From Candidatus Pelearchaeum maunauluense (GTDB taxonomy: Archaea > Thermoproteota > Nitrososphaeria_A > Caldarchaeales > Caldarchaeaceae), in assembly GCA_030059675.1 (NCBI GenBank), contig JANVYQ010000009.1, positions 1 through 58,410 on the forward strand: 58,410 nucleotides of DNA, given 5' to 3'. The first letter of the stretch is position 1; every line of letters starts with the position of its first letter. The notes under the pieces are model-generated. The model was not told the origin of the DNA, did not search any database, and worked only from the letters and a program-made list of their open reading frames with translations. This document shows positions 17,920-26,500 of this stretch, piece after piece. Made by a program: the position numbers and the translations under genes.

Positions 17920-18665
17920 AGCATCCTCTTGAATGCCTCAGCATCCACAGCCATGGATACGTTGTTGAAGAGGATAAAGCCCTGCTCGGAGCGCCTCATC
18001 TCCTCAAACACATACTCGCGGAGTTTCTCCAAGTCTTCGCGCGTGTAGCGATATGAGTAGTTGACCTCGCCTTTCCCTATGCCGTGGAGGCGTGTGTAGA
18101 ATATTTTATGCCGCGCAACTGGTTTCCAGCGGAAAACATCAACCACATGAACCACGCCATATCTCTCACATATTCGGCGTACCTCTTCACCATTATCGCG
18201 CCACGTGCCGCGCGGCTCCCAGCCTAACATGAAGCCCTCAGCTACGGTGTTGGCGAAGAAACGTTCAGCATTCTCAGCATTCTCTTCAGAGTAGCCGAAA
18301 GACGCTGGTGTTTGAATCACCACAACACGCGCATCAACTGCGCGCGCTATCTCAACGGTTTTTCTCCACGCCTCCATATTCTCCCGAGATGGCTTTAGAT
18401 TACCATATAGATGCTGCTTGCTCTTGGGGACCGTTATCCCAGCGCGCTTCCATGTCGGGCTTGTCGGCGGGTGCGTCAAGGCTTGCCAGGCCTTCATGTT
18501 AAAGACGAAACCGTCTGGGGCTTTCTCCCTCCATTTCCGCGCGGTCTCCACACGCGGAAGCTTGTAGAAGGTCTCCTGAAGCTCAATAGTCCTGAACTGC
18601 TTATAATATGCTTCCTTACCGCCGCGGACAGCCCACCCGCAGCAGCCTACCAAGATGTTTGGCAT
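17916..18665 (-). CDS. DUF72-family protein
   Basis: VGCCGW...IELQETFYKLP...WREKAP..F.FNMKAWQALTH...WEPRGTW...YTRLHG...FNN. Confidence 0.92.
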   Translation of the reverse strand: MPNILVGCCGWAVRGGKEAYYKQFRTIELQETFYKLPRVETARKWREKAPDGFVFNMKAWQALTHPPTSPTWKRAGITVPKSKQHLYGNLKPSRENMEAWRKTVEIARAVDARVVVIQTPASFGYSEENAENAERFFANTVAEGFMLGWEPRGTWRDNGEEVRRICERYGVVHVVDVFRWKPVARHKIFYTRLHGIGKGEVNYSYRYTREDLEKLREYVFEEMRRSEQGFILFNNVSMAVDAEAFKRML

Positions 18666-18702
18666 ACCATAGTCATGTAGGGTAGTGGGCGAATATTTGC
18701 GT

Positions 18703-19371
18703 TTAGACTATGTTTCTGGAGCTTATGTAGTGTTGGGCTAGTTTCTTGAGGGCTGCTCTCAAGTGTCTACTGACCGTTGATGTGGTTAGCCCTAGGTTTG
18801 CTGCTATTTGGCTCAGGTCTGCTCTACGCGGCGCGTCGAAGAACCCTAGCTGGAGAGCTACGTTCAGAACAGCTACCTGCTTGTCTGTGAGCCTCACCTC
18901 CCCCTCATACTCCCTATTCTCCAGCACCTCAACGCGAAGCCCCCTATTGCGCATCTCCGAAACAATCTGACGCCCCGATATGGGGCCAGCTACCACAACC
19001 CTAACCAAGAGGCCAACACCATCAAGATAAGCAATCCAGTCGGGTATGCACTGGGACTTGGAAAGCACCTTACACGAGGTACAGCTGCTTGACGTAATCC
19101 AGATATGATTGTCGTCTAGGACTATGGGCTTGACGCCTGTTTTGACCAGCTCCCGCGCATCTATAGGCTTGTCAATCTTGAGGAGATGGTCTGAGTTATT
19201 CTCACCCACTTTTAGCCTCTTAATCATCCCCTGTATAGCCCTTGGCTGGAGGAGCCTGATTACGCTACAATCACTATTCTTAATGACGATTGTTAGTGCG
19301 CGCGTGCCTAAGTGTCTGGTCAAGCCGTGAAAAATAATGGTTGGGTGTTTAAACTGTTTTTGAAGCAACAC
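18703..19371 (-). CDS. Bacterio-opsin-activator-type (HTH_10) transcriptional regulator
   Basis: C-terminal 'LTDKQVAVLNVALQLGFFDAPRRADLSQIAANLGLTTSTVSRHLRAALKKL'; CTSC in the N-terminal domain. Confidence 0.85.
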   Translation of the reverse strand: MLLQKQFKHPTIIFHGLTRHLGTRALTIVIKNSDCSVIRLLQPRAIQGMIKRLKVGENNSDHLLKIDKPIDARELVKTGVKPIVLDDNHIWITSSSCTSCKVLSKSQCIPDWIAYLDGVGLLVRVVVAGPISGRQIVSEMRNRGLRVEVLENREYEGEVRLTDKQVAVLNVALQLGFFDAPRRADLSQIAANLGLTTSTVSRHLRAALKKLAQHYISSRNIV

Positions 19372-20971
19372 GGGGCTTTGAGGGTAGGAAGATTCCTATC
19401 AACGCCTTTATCCCTATTGTCCTGACCACGTTGAGCATGAAGAAGGTGAAGCCAGCAGCCATTAGTAGGGCTCCGACTATCGCCACAGTCATGTAAGGCT
19501 CGTATGGTCCTAGCCCCATCGGGTAGAGTGTTCTTCGCAGCATTCCAGCAGAGCCAGCTAGGCCCATGCTAAGCCCCATTACGAGGCCGCCTACTGTCAT
19601 GAGTATTAGATGCGCATCCGCCAGCCTCTCGTTAAGCGACTTACCTGTGAGCATGGGGAAGAGCGCGTATATTGCGGCGAATATCGTCAGGCTCAGGCCG
19701 ACGAGGAGCTGTACGTGGCCGTGTATCCCGATAACCCACTGCGTGTTGTGAAGATAACGGTTCATTGAGTAGTTGGCTTGTATTATCCCAGCCGTCCCCC
19801 CTATGCCGTAGCCGAGTATAGAAGCCAAGACAAACTTCAGAGGGGCTGAGTACTTCACAGGCCTTGCGAGCCAGATGGTCATTAAGACAGCGAACATCGT
19901 AAGCCCCATCGTTAGCAACTCACCCCACGTGAATATCTGGCCCTGTATCTGGAGGAACAGCGGCTGGGGAGTGTCAGCCAGCATGTGGTGGTTCCATACG
20001 AAGAGGGAAACTACCAGGTCTGCGAGTATGACAGTTCTCACGACGCTCTCACCGTAAAGCGGCCTACCGAGGAGCAGGGGGACGAGCAGATACCACGTGC
20101 CAGCGGTGAATATCAGCACGTTACCATCAGCTATTAGGTCAAGCCCCCACCAGAAGACGTTCTTGTATATGAGCGGGTCTATGATGTTGAAGCTCAGGCC
20201 TGCTCCTGGCAGTAGGTAGGAGAGGCCGAATATTATTATGAGGATTCCGAAGCCGCCCATCACGAGAGCGTTGAGCGTTGTATCAACGCATCCCCGGAAG
20301 ACCGCGACGGCGAATACTGGGTAGTTAGAGACCTTTTCCACATAGTTGGGTATTCCGCGTATCTTTGCCCGTAGCTTGTCTAGGTTGAACGCAGTTACTA
20401 GCAGCTCTTTGGCGACGTATGCTGCTCCAGCCTTGACATTCCCCCCACCATTGGCAACTACTTCCTGCTGCCTAACGGGGAGGAAGATTGTGGCAAACAT
20501 GTTGAAGAAGAATGTGAGGACTTCGAGGATTATTAGCGCAGCACCAAGGCCAAATGCTACTAGGCTAATCGGCTCCCATCCAGCCAGCTCAACAGCGGCT
20601 GGGAGAGGCCAGTATAGAGTGTAGAGAGGCGCGTAGCGTGTTATGAACGTTGTAGCCCAGACAGTTGCTACGCCTATTGTCATCAGCCAGAAGCTCGCGT
20701 ACGCGGCTCTCTTGCTGTATATATCGCGATTCAGCACATAGGGGACGAGGAAGTAGAAAGCACCCATAACAGCCATGTAAGCCCATCCATATATTCCGAC
20801 AAAGGGATGCGCAGTCATAATCGCGTAGAAGTGCTTCTCGGTAAAGAACTCGGTTAGCATGTTGGAGATTCTGAAGCGCATAATCGTTCCTTCAAGGCCA
20901 GCAAGGGCGAAGAATACTAGCGCAACAACGACGAAGCGAAGCGTTAATAGCTTCCGTTCATCCTCGTTCAT
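19349..20971 (-). CDS. Heme-copper oxidase superfamily subunit I with non-canonical active site (B-family-derived, gNOR-like)
   Basis: About 12 TM; MTAH (helix II), WNHH (helix VII), HNTQWVIGIHGH (helix X); helix VI FWWGLDLIADG instead of FWWxGHPxVY. Confidence 0.88.
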   Translation of the reverse strand: MNEDERKLLTLRFVVVALVFFALAGLEGTIMRFRISNMLTEFFTEKHFYAIMTAHPFVGIYGWAYMAVMGAFYFLVPYVLNRDIYSKRAAYASFWLMTIGVATVWATTFITRYAPLYTLYWPLPAAVELAGWEPISLVAFGLGAALIILEVLTFFFNMFATIFLPVRQQEVVANGGGNVKAGAAYVAKELLVTAFNLDKLRAKIRGIPNYVEKVSNYPVFAVAVFRGCVDTTLNALVMGGFGILIIIFGLSYLLPGAGLSFNIIDPLIYKNVFWWGLDLIADGNVLIFTAGTWYLLVPLLLGRPLYGESVVRTVILADLVVSLFVWNHHMLADTPQPLFLQIQGQIFTWGELLTMGLTMFAVLMTIWLARPVKYSAPLKFVLASILGYGIGGTAGIIQANYSMNRYLHNTQWVIGIHGHVQLLVGLSLTIFAAIYALFPMLTGKSLNERLADAHLILMTVGGLVMGLSMGLAGSAGMLRRTLYPMGLGPYEPYMTVAIVGALLMAAGFTFFMLNVVRTIGIKALIGIFLPSKPRVASKTV

Positions 20972-21555
20972 CTTCCACCACCCCCAACAACAGCTATAGC
21001 ATCAGGCACGTACATGTACGGATGCTTAGGACCACTGTACTCTGTTGAGCGTATGTCGTAGTGTCCTGGCTCTTCAAAGACCCATGTTATCCTGTTCTCG
21101 TATGGTTTTGGGACTACCTGCATCTGAAAGACCATAGTCCCGTCTTTTCTGAAGACCCCGAAACCGTATGTTAGGTCGTCTGAGATTACGATGAACTCTA
21201 CGGGTACGCCTGCTGGGATTGTAATGGGCTTCTCAGGCAGGATGAACTTGTAGTCTCTAACTTCTATGACCACCTGCTTTACGGGCTGCTCTTGCGCCCA
21301 TAGCGCGTTCTTGGCTGCTGGCACTAGGGGCGAGAGCGTGGCTAGGTTTCCGAGGAGCGCAACGGCTACTAGGAAGTAAAGCCACTGCCGCTCCCGCCTA
21401 TCCATCCCACGCCCAGCCCCACCATCAGCACGCTCCCGCGCGCTTACACCACCCCTAGGCGGCCTGCGCGTAACTATGTAGAAGAAGACGATGAATCCTA
21501 TTATGGTTGTGAATACCGTGAGGTAGAAGAGCTCTATTATATTCTGTATTGTCAT
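20968..21555 (-). CDS. Heme-copper oxidase subunit II-like cupredoxin lacking CuA ligands
   Basis: TM segments plus 'ITIPAGVPVEF...SDDLTYGFG...QVVP...F.EPG.Y.IRSTEYSGPKHPYM'. Confidence 0.88.
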   Translation of the reverse strand: MTIQNIIELFYLTVFTTIIGFIVFFYIVTRRPPRGGVSARERADGGAGRGMDRRERQWLYFLVAVALLGNLATLSPLVPAAKNALWAQEQPVKQVVIEVRDYKFILPEKPITIPAGVPVEFIVISDDLTYGFGVFRKDGTMVFQMQVVPKPYENRITWVFEEPGHYDIRSTEYSGPKHPYMYVPDAIAVVGGGGR

Positions 21556-21686
21556 TTTCCACATCAATATATACTATAATTATCGTTGTTGATATGGAAT
21601 ATACGCAAAATATTGCATAGACGGTAATATTTACAGCCCAAAATCTTCTAAACAGCCCCGCAGAGCTTAGGAGAGCGTGCCGCAGC

Positions 21687-22843
21687 ATGTTCGTGCACCA
21701 ACTCACAGAGGAGCAGGAAATGCTCAGAAAGGCAATCCAAGAGTTCGCCGCGCGCTATCCAGCCGAGTATTGGAGGATGAAGGATGAGCGCCGCGAGTAT
21801 CCTAGTGAGTTCGTCTCAGACCTTATGCGCTCAGGCTGGATGGGCGTGAATATACCCCAAGAATACGGCGGGGCTGGCTATGGTGTAACCGAGACGAGTA
21901 TCGTGCTGGAGGAGCTGGCACGCTCAGGTGGAGGCTTTGAAGCGGCAGGGGCGGCGCATGCTTCTTACTTCAACGCAACCGTGCTGGTCAAGCATGCCAG
22001 CGAGGAGCTAAAGCTGCGCTACCTACCAGCGATAGCACGCGGCGAGCTAAGATTCCAATCCCTAGCAATAACGGAGCAGGGTTCGGGATTCGACACGCCC
22101 AGCATAAGGACACTAGCAGCCAAGCAAGGCGATAAATACGTAATCAACGGGAGCAAAGTCTTCATCTCACGCATACTACACACAGACCTAATGCTCCTAC
22201 TAGCCAGAACAACACCATACGAGCAGGCAGCGAGGAGAACAGGGGGGATGACATTATTCTTGGTGGATGTGCGGAGAGCTGGAGACGCTATCAGGATACG
22301 GGAGATACCAAACAACGTTAGAAGAACGGTAGATACCAGCGAGCTCTTCATAGAGAACTTAGAAGTTCCAGAGGAGAACATAGTAGGCGAAGTTGGCAGG
22401 GGCTTCTATCACCTACTTGATGTAGTGAATGCAGAGCGCATAGACTTGGCAGCGGAATGCATAGGACTGGGAAGACTCGCCCTAAGCCGCGCATAGTATT
22501 CGGAAAGCCAATAGGCCAGTACCAGGCAATAGCGCATCCGCTGGCTGATGCTTACATAAAGCTGGAGGCAGCAGACCTAATGCGCTACAGGGCTGCATGG
22601 CTCTACTACAACAACAAACCCTGCGGCGCAGAAGCAAACATGGCAAAATACCTAGCAGCCGAAGCATGCATGCACGCCTGCGACAGAGCACTACAAACAC
22701 ACGGAGGATATGGGTTCTCAGTAGAGATGGATATAGAACGATACTGGCGCGAAGCAAGACTACACCTACTAGCACCAATCTCACAAGAAATGATACTCAA
22801 CCACATAGCACAAGACAGACTCAACCTACCAAAATCATACTAA
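21687..22843 (+). pseudogene. Acyl-CoA dehydrogenase split by a deletion/frameshift at about 22490
   Basis: LTEEQEMLR, AITEQGSGFD, VINGSKVFIS in frame 1; VFGKPIGQYQAI, ALQTHGGYG, IERYWREARL in frame 2; the 'VEYAKER'-type linker is missing. Confidence 0.85.
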
Positions 22844-22929
22844 AAAGATATGATGAGACGTAAGAGCTTAAAGACGTAAATCTACACCATCTTCTATTAA
22901 ACTTACCAAATCTAATATTTTTACTCCCT

Positions 22930-24174
22930 CTATATCACCTCTTTTTCTGGAACTATAAAATATTCTTCGCCATACTTAACAGAGAGCTTCTCCGCCATCA
23001 TCTTAGATTTATGTTGTAAAAGCTTTGCATCAGACTTATCAGGTTCGGTAAGTTTGCATTCAAAGAACAAAGCCTTCTCATCACCGAGCGCCACTATGTC
23101 TATTTCGTTTCCATGCCTATCCCAGTATCGCCCAATCTTATATCCCGTCAAGACTAGCGAAACAATTTCAAGACAAAGTTTCTCAAATACATGCCCTAAG
23201 TAGGTTGGTAAGTTTTTCATTATATCCGCTATTACATACTCTATTTGACCAAAACTCTATCCTATCTTTCATAGGGTTAATGAAGCGCATGTAGAAGGAG
23301 AAGAAATTATCCAGCAGCTGATACCGAGGGACCCTGGTCTTCATTATTGTAGGTTCTTTACCTATGATATCCATCTTCTCTAAGGTTAGAATGTATTTCT
23401 TTAGCTTTGTTCTCTCGATAACCCTATAGTCGCTTATCTCCTTAAGCGTGAGCTTTCCCATGGCTATTGCTTCCATGATCTCTAAGTATCTAATCGGCTC
23501 TCTAAGCTCTGTTTGTAACATTCTTTCAGCTTCTTCATATAGAGGAGCGCCTCTCTCAAGGAAAAGCCTGACTATATTTTCGTGTAAGTCTTTTGAATGG
23601 TCGTACATAAGAAGGTAGTGGGGTGTGCCGCCTAAAATTGAGTAGATTTCTACTATTCTACGCTCATCCACCGAAGGGAATATACGTCTTACAGTTACAT
23701 AGTCAAAGCCCCTAAGTTTGACCACTCTGGTGGCTCTTCCGCAGAGTGGCCCAGCATAGCTTAGGTCCCTCTCAATCATACCAACCGTGGAGCCTAACAA
23801 GAACAACTTACACTTTGACGTGTGATGAAATAGGTCCCAGTAATACTGCAGTTTAGGCGACAAATATTTGGATATTCGCTGGTATTCATCAAAAAACACT
23901 ACACCCACATCCTTAGACATCTTGAAGAGATACTCAAGGAACTCATCTAACGACCTGAAGGAGGTGCTGAAGATTGTCACGCATTTGGATAGGAAACGAC
24001 TAAGACTTGAGCCTTCTACATAAACATAATACCCTCCAACAGTCTCTGGAAGCTTTCTAATCAGGGCGTCTTACCAACTCGTCTACGTCCATAAAGTAAG
24101 ACAAGCTCGGAACGCTCTGACTTCACAACCTCCTTCAATATCTTAAGCTCTTCTTCCCTATTGTAGAATATCAC
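22930..24174 (-). pseudogene. Archaeal ATPase (ATPase_2/DUF234-type) with several frameshifts
   Basis: GTG at 24174: IFYNREEEL...LYGRRRVGKT then stop; FFDEYQ Walker B, LGGTPHYL, DNFFSFY; C-terminal 'GRYWDRHGNEIDIVA...FFECK' in another frame. Confidence 0.88.
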
Positions 24175-24291
24175 GTATACTTAAGCTAACACAATAAAAA
24201 TATTTATCTCAGAATCAGGGATGAGCAGGCCTTTATACGCCCCTACAACTGCTGTGTTTTCTTTTCTCCGAAAGTTGACATGTGGAGTATG

Positions 24292-24415
24292 TGCGGGGGG
24301 TGGGATTCGAACCCACGAACCCCTTCGGGAGCAGGTTTCTTATTTTTGGGATCTTAAGCCTGCCGCGTTCAAGGGGGTTTGGTGCCCCTCTTTGACCAGA
24401 CTCGGCCACCCCCGC
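24292..24415 (-). tRNA. tRNA-Leu(TAA) with two introns (24367-24389 at about position 22/23; 24337-24352 at 37/38); CCA not encoded
   Basis: Removing both introns gives GCGGGGGTGGCCGAGTCTGGTCAAAGGCGGCAGGCTTAAGACCTGCTCCCGAAGGGGTTCGTGGGTTCGAATCCCACCCCCCGCA, a cloverleaf with a long variable arm; both junctions form bulge-helix-type motifs. Confidence 0.93.
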
Positions 24416-24419
24416 GTTT

Positions 24420-24593
24420 TTAGCGGAGGAGCTTCTTGGGTTTGAGCCAGTCGTATTTTCTCCATTTTGGGTTTGGGAAGCCGCAGTGGGCGCATCTTCG
24501 TTTGGCTGTGTGGAATGAGCGCCTTCCGCAGCGTCTGCACCTAATATGGATGGGTTTGTTGAATTTTCCCATGGAGGGTGTTCCTTTCGTCAT
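24420..24593 (-). CDS. rpl37e: 50S ribosomal protein L37e (57 aa); not in the ORF track
   Basis: [40 protein letters not shown]...RKYDW. Confidence 0.96.
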   Translation of the reverse strand: MTKGTPSMGKFNKPIHIRCRRCGRRSFHTAKRRCAHCGFPNPKWRKYDWLKPKKLLR

Positions 24594-24652
24594 AGCTCCC
24601 CCATGCTGAGGGTTTCGCTAGTTCTTATATATGATTTAGCGCGCGGGAGAGA

Positions 24653-26152
24653 TTGAGATTGGGCTTGATTACTGGGCAGGTTTATGGGAATTTTATAGGC
24701 GGCGAGTGGGTCCAGGCGTCCAGCGGCAAGACCTATAAGACGGTTAACCCTGCTCGGAAGAGCCAGGTTATAGGAGAGTTTCAGAGCTCTGATAGGAGTG
24801 ATGTTCAGCGTGCTATTGAGCGTGCCTATGCTGCCTGGCGTGAGTGGCGCTCTACTCCTCCACCTAAGCGGGGTGAGATACTGCTTGAGGCCTATTATCT
24901 GATGAAGAAGCGTGCAGAGGATTTCTCTAGGCTTATTGCGCTTGAGATGGGGAAGCCGATAGGCGATGCGCGCGGTGAGGTGAAGAGAGCGCTCAACGTC
25001 CTGGAGTTCATCGCTGGCGAGGGGCGGCGTATGCTGGGCGAGACAATACCATCAGAAATACCCAACAACGTAATCATGACGTTTAGGAAGCCTCTCGGCG
25101 TTGTCTCAATCATAACACCATGGAACTTCCCGATAGCGATACCTGTCTGGAAGATAGCGCCAGCCCTAGTAGCGGGTAATGCGGTTGTCTTCAAGCCAGC
25201 GGCGACGACGCCGCTCTGCGGTGTGAAGCTGATGGAGCTATTCGCCGATGCTGGAATACCAGCGGGAGTGCTCAACATGGTTACAGGCTCAGGCTCGCTG
25301 ATAGGTGACGAGCTCGTCTCCAACGAGAAGATTGCGGCTGTATCCTTCACAGGCTCAACAGCTGTTGGACGCCAGATATACGCTAAAGCGGCGCATCATC
25401 TCAAGAAGGCGCAGTGCGAGATGGGTGGGAAGAACGCCGTTGTTGTTCTTGAGGATGCGAATATAGATGCGGCGGTTAGCGCTATAATACAGGGAGCGTT
25501 CTCAAGCACTGGTGAGCGATGCACGGCGACGAGCCGCGTGATAGTGGAGAAGCCGGCGCGCGAAGAGTTGATGGAGAAGCTGATACAGCGCGTAAGCAGG
25601 CTGAAGGTGGGCGACCCACTGGAGGAGGACACCTACGTAGGCCCCCTGGCCCACGAGGAGCAGTACATCAAGGTCCGCGACTATATTGAGATAGGGAAGA
25701 GCGAGGGAGCTAAGCTGGTGTATGGTGGCAGGACATTAACAGAGCCTCCCTACGATGATGGCTACTACGTCCAGCCCGCCGTGTTCGCTGATGCGAAGCC
25801 AGAGATGCGCATAGCGCGTGAGGAAATCTTCGGCCCCGTGCTAACCGTCCTAGAAGCCCGCGACATGCATGAGGCGGCGGAGATAAACAACTCGGTCTAT
25901 TATGGCTTCAAGACCAGCATATATACAGAGAACATACGCAAGGCGTTTAGGTTTGCTGATATGTGCGATACTGGCATGGTGCATATAAACGCGCCCACAC
26001 TGGGCGGCGAGGTCCAAGCACCATTCGGCGGCCTCAAGGAGTCTGGTGCTGGATACAAGGAGCTGGGGAGGGAGGCTATAAGATTCTACACCAACGAGAT
26101 AATAACTTACCTTGACTACAGCGAGCAGAGGCCTGAGGTCAAGTTCATCTAA
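24653..26152 (+). CDS. NAD(P)-dependent aldehyde dehydrogenase (2,5-dioxopentanoate dehydrogenase-like)
   Basis: ITPWNFP, FTGS, EMGGKN, GERCTATSR, EEIFGP, PFGGLKESG. Confidence 0.93.
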   Translation: MRLGLITGQVYGNFIGGEWVQASSGKTYKTVNPARKSQVIGEFQSSDRSDVQRAIERAYAAWREWRSTPPPKRGEILLEAYYLMKKRAEDFSRLIALEMGKPIGDARGEVKRALNVLEFIAGEGRRMLGETIPSEIPNNVIMTFRKPLGVVSIITPWNFPIAIPVWKIAPALVAGNAVVFKPAATTPLCGVKLMELFADAGIPAGVLNMVTGSGSLIGDELVSNEKIAAVSFTGSTAVGRQIYAKAAHHLKKAQCEMGGKNAVVVLEDANIDAAVSAIIQGAFSSTGERCTATSRVIVEKPAREELMEKLIQRVSRLKVGDPLEEDTYVGPLAHEEQYIKVRDYIEIGKSEGAKLVYGGRTLTEPPYDDGYYVQPAVFADAKPEMRIAREEIFGPVLTVLEARDMHEAAEINNSVYYGFKTSIYTENIRKAFRFADMCDTGMVHINAPTLGGEVQAPFGGLKESGAGYKELGREAIRFYTNEIITYLDYSEQRPEVKFI

Positions 26153-26154
26153 CG

Positions 26155-26394
26155 CTAGGTCGGCGATATCATTATGATGTTGTCTCCTCTGACGACGATT
26201 GTCCCCAGCTTGTTGGCCGAGTTCTCGTCAATAACCTCCTCGGCATTCTCAAGGACGAGGTTCATGTGCTGGTCGTAGCCCTGTAGCAGTCCGCGGAGCA
26301 TCCTGCCGTTGCGGAGCTTCACCAGCACCGTGTTTCCGAGACTCTTAGACAGCACCTTAACAGAGACGTCACTGGACAAAGCACTTTCAACCAC
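26155..26394 (-). other. lsm: Sm-like protein (SmAP1/Lsm)
   Basis: Sm1 'VLVKLRNGRMLRGLLQGYDQHMNLVL' and Sm2 'IVVRGDNIIMISP'. Confidence 0.96.
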
Positions 26395-26500
26395 AAAGAA
26401 ACAAGGCGTGTTTATTAAGTTTATGACGTATAATCACCCTCAACACCACAACCTACTAGGCCACGGCTGGACAGTATATACATGGGGGTAGTATTAACGC

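Noticed and set aside
24221-24540. ORFs 24221..24445 (+) and 24340..24540 (-)
   Set aside because: Overlap the tRNA and rpl37e in wrong frames
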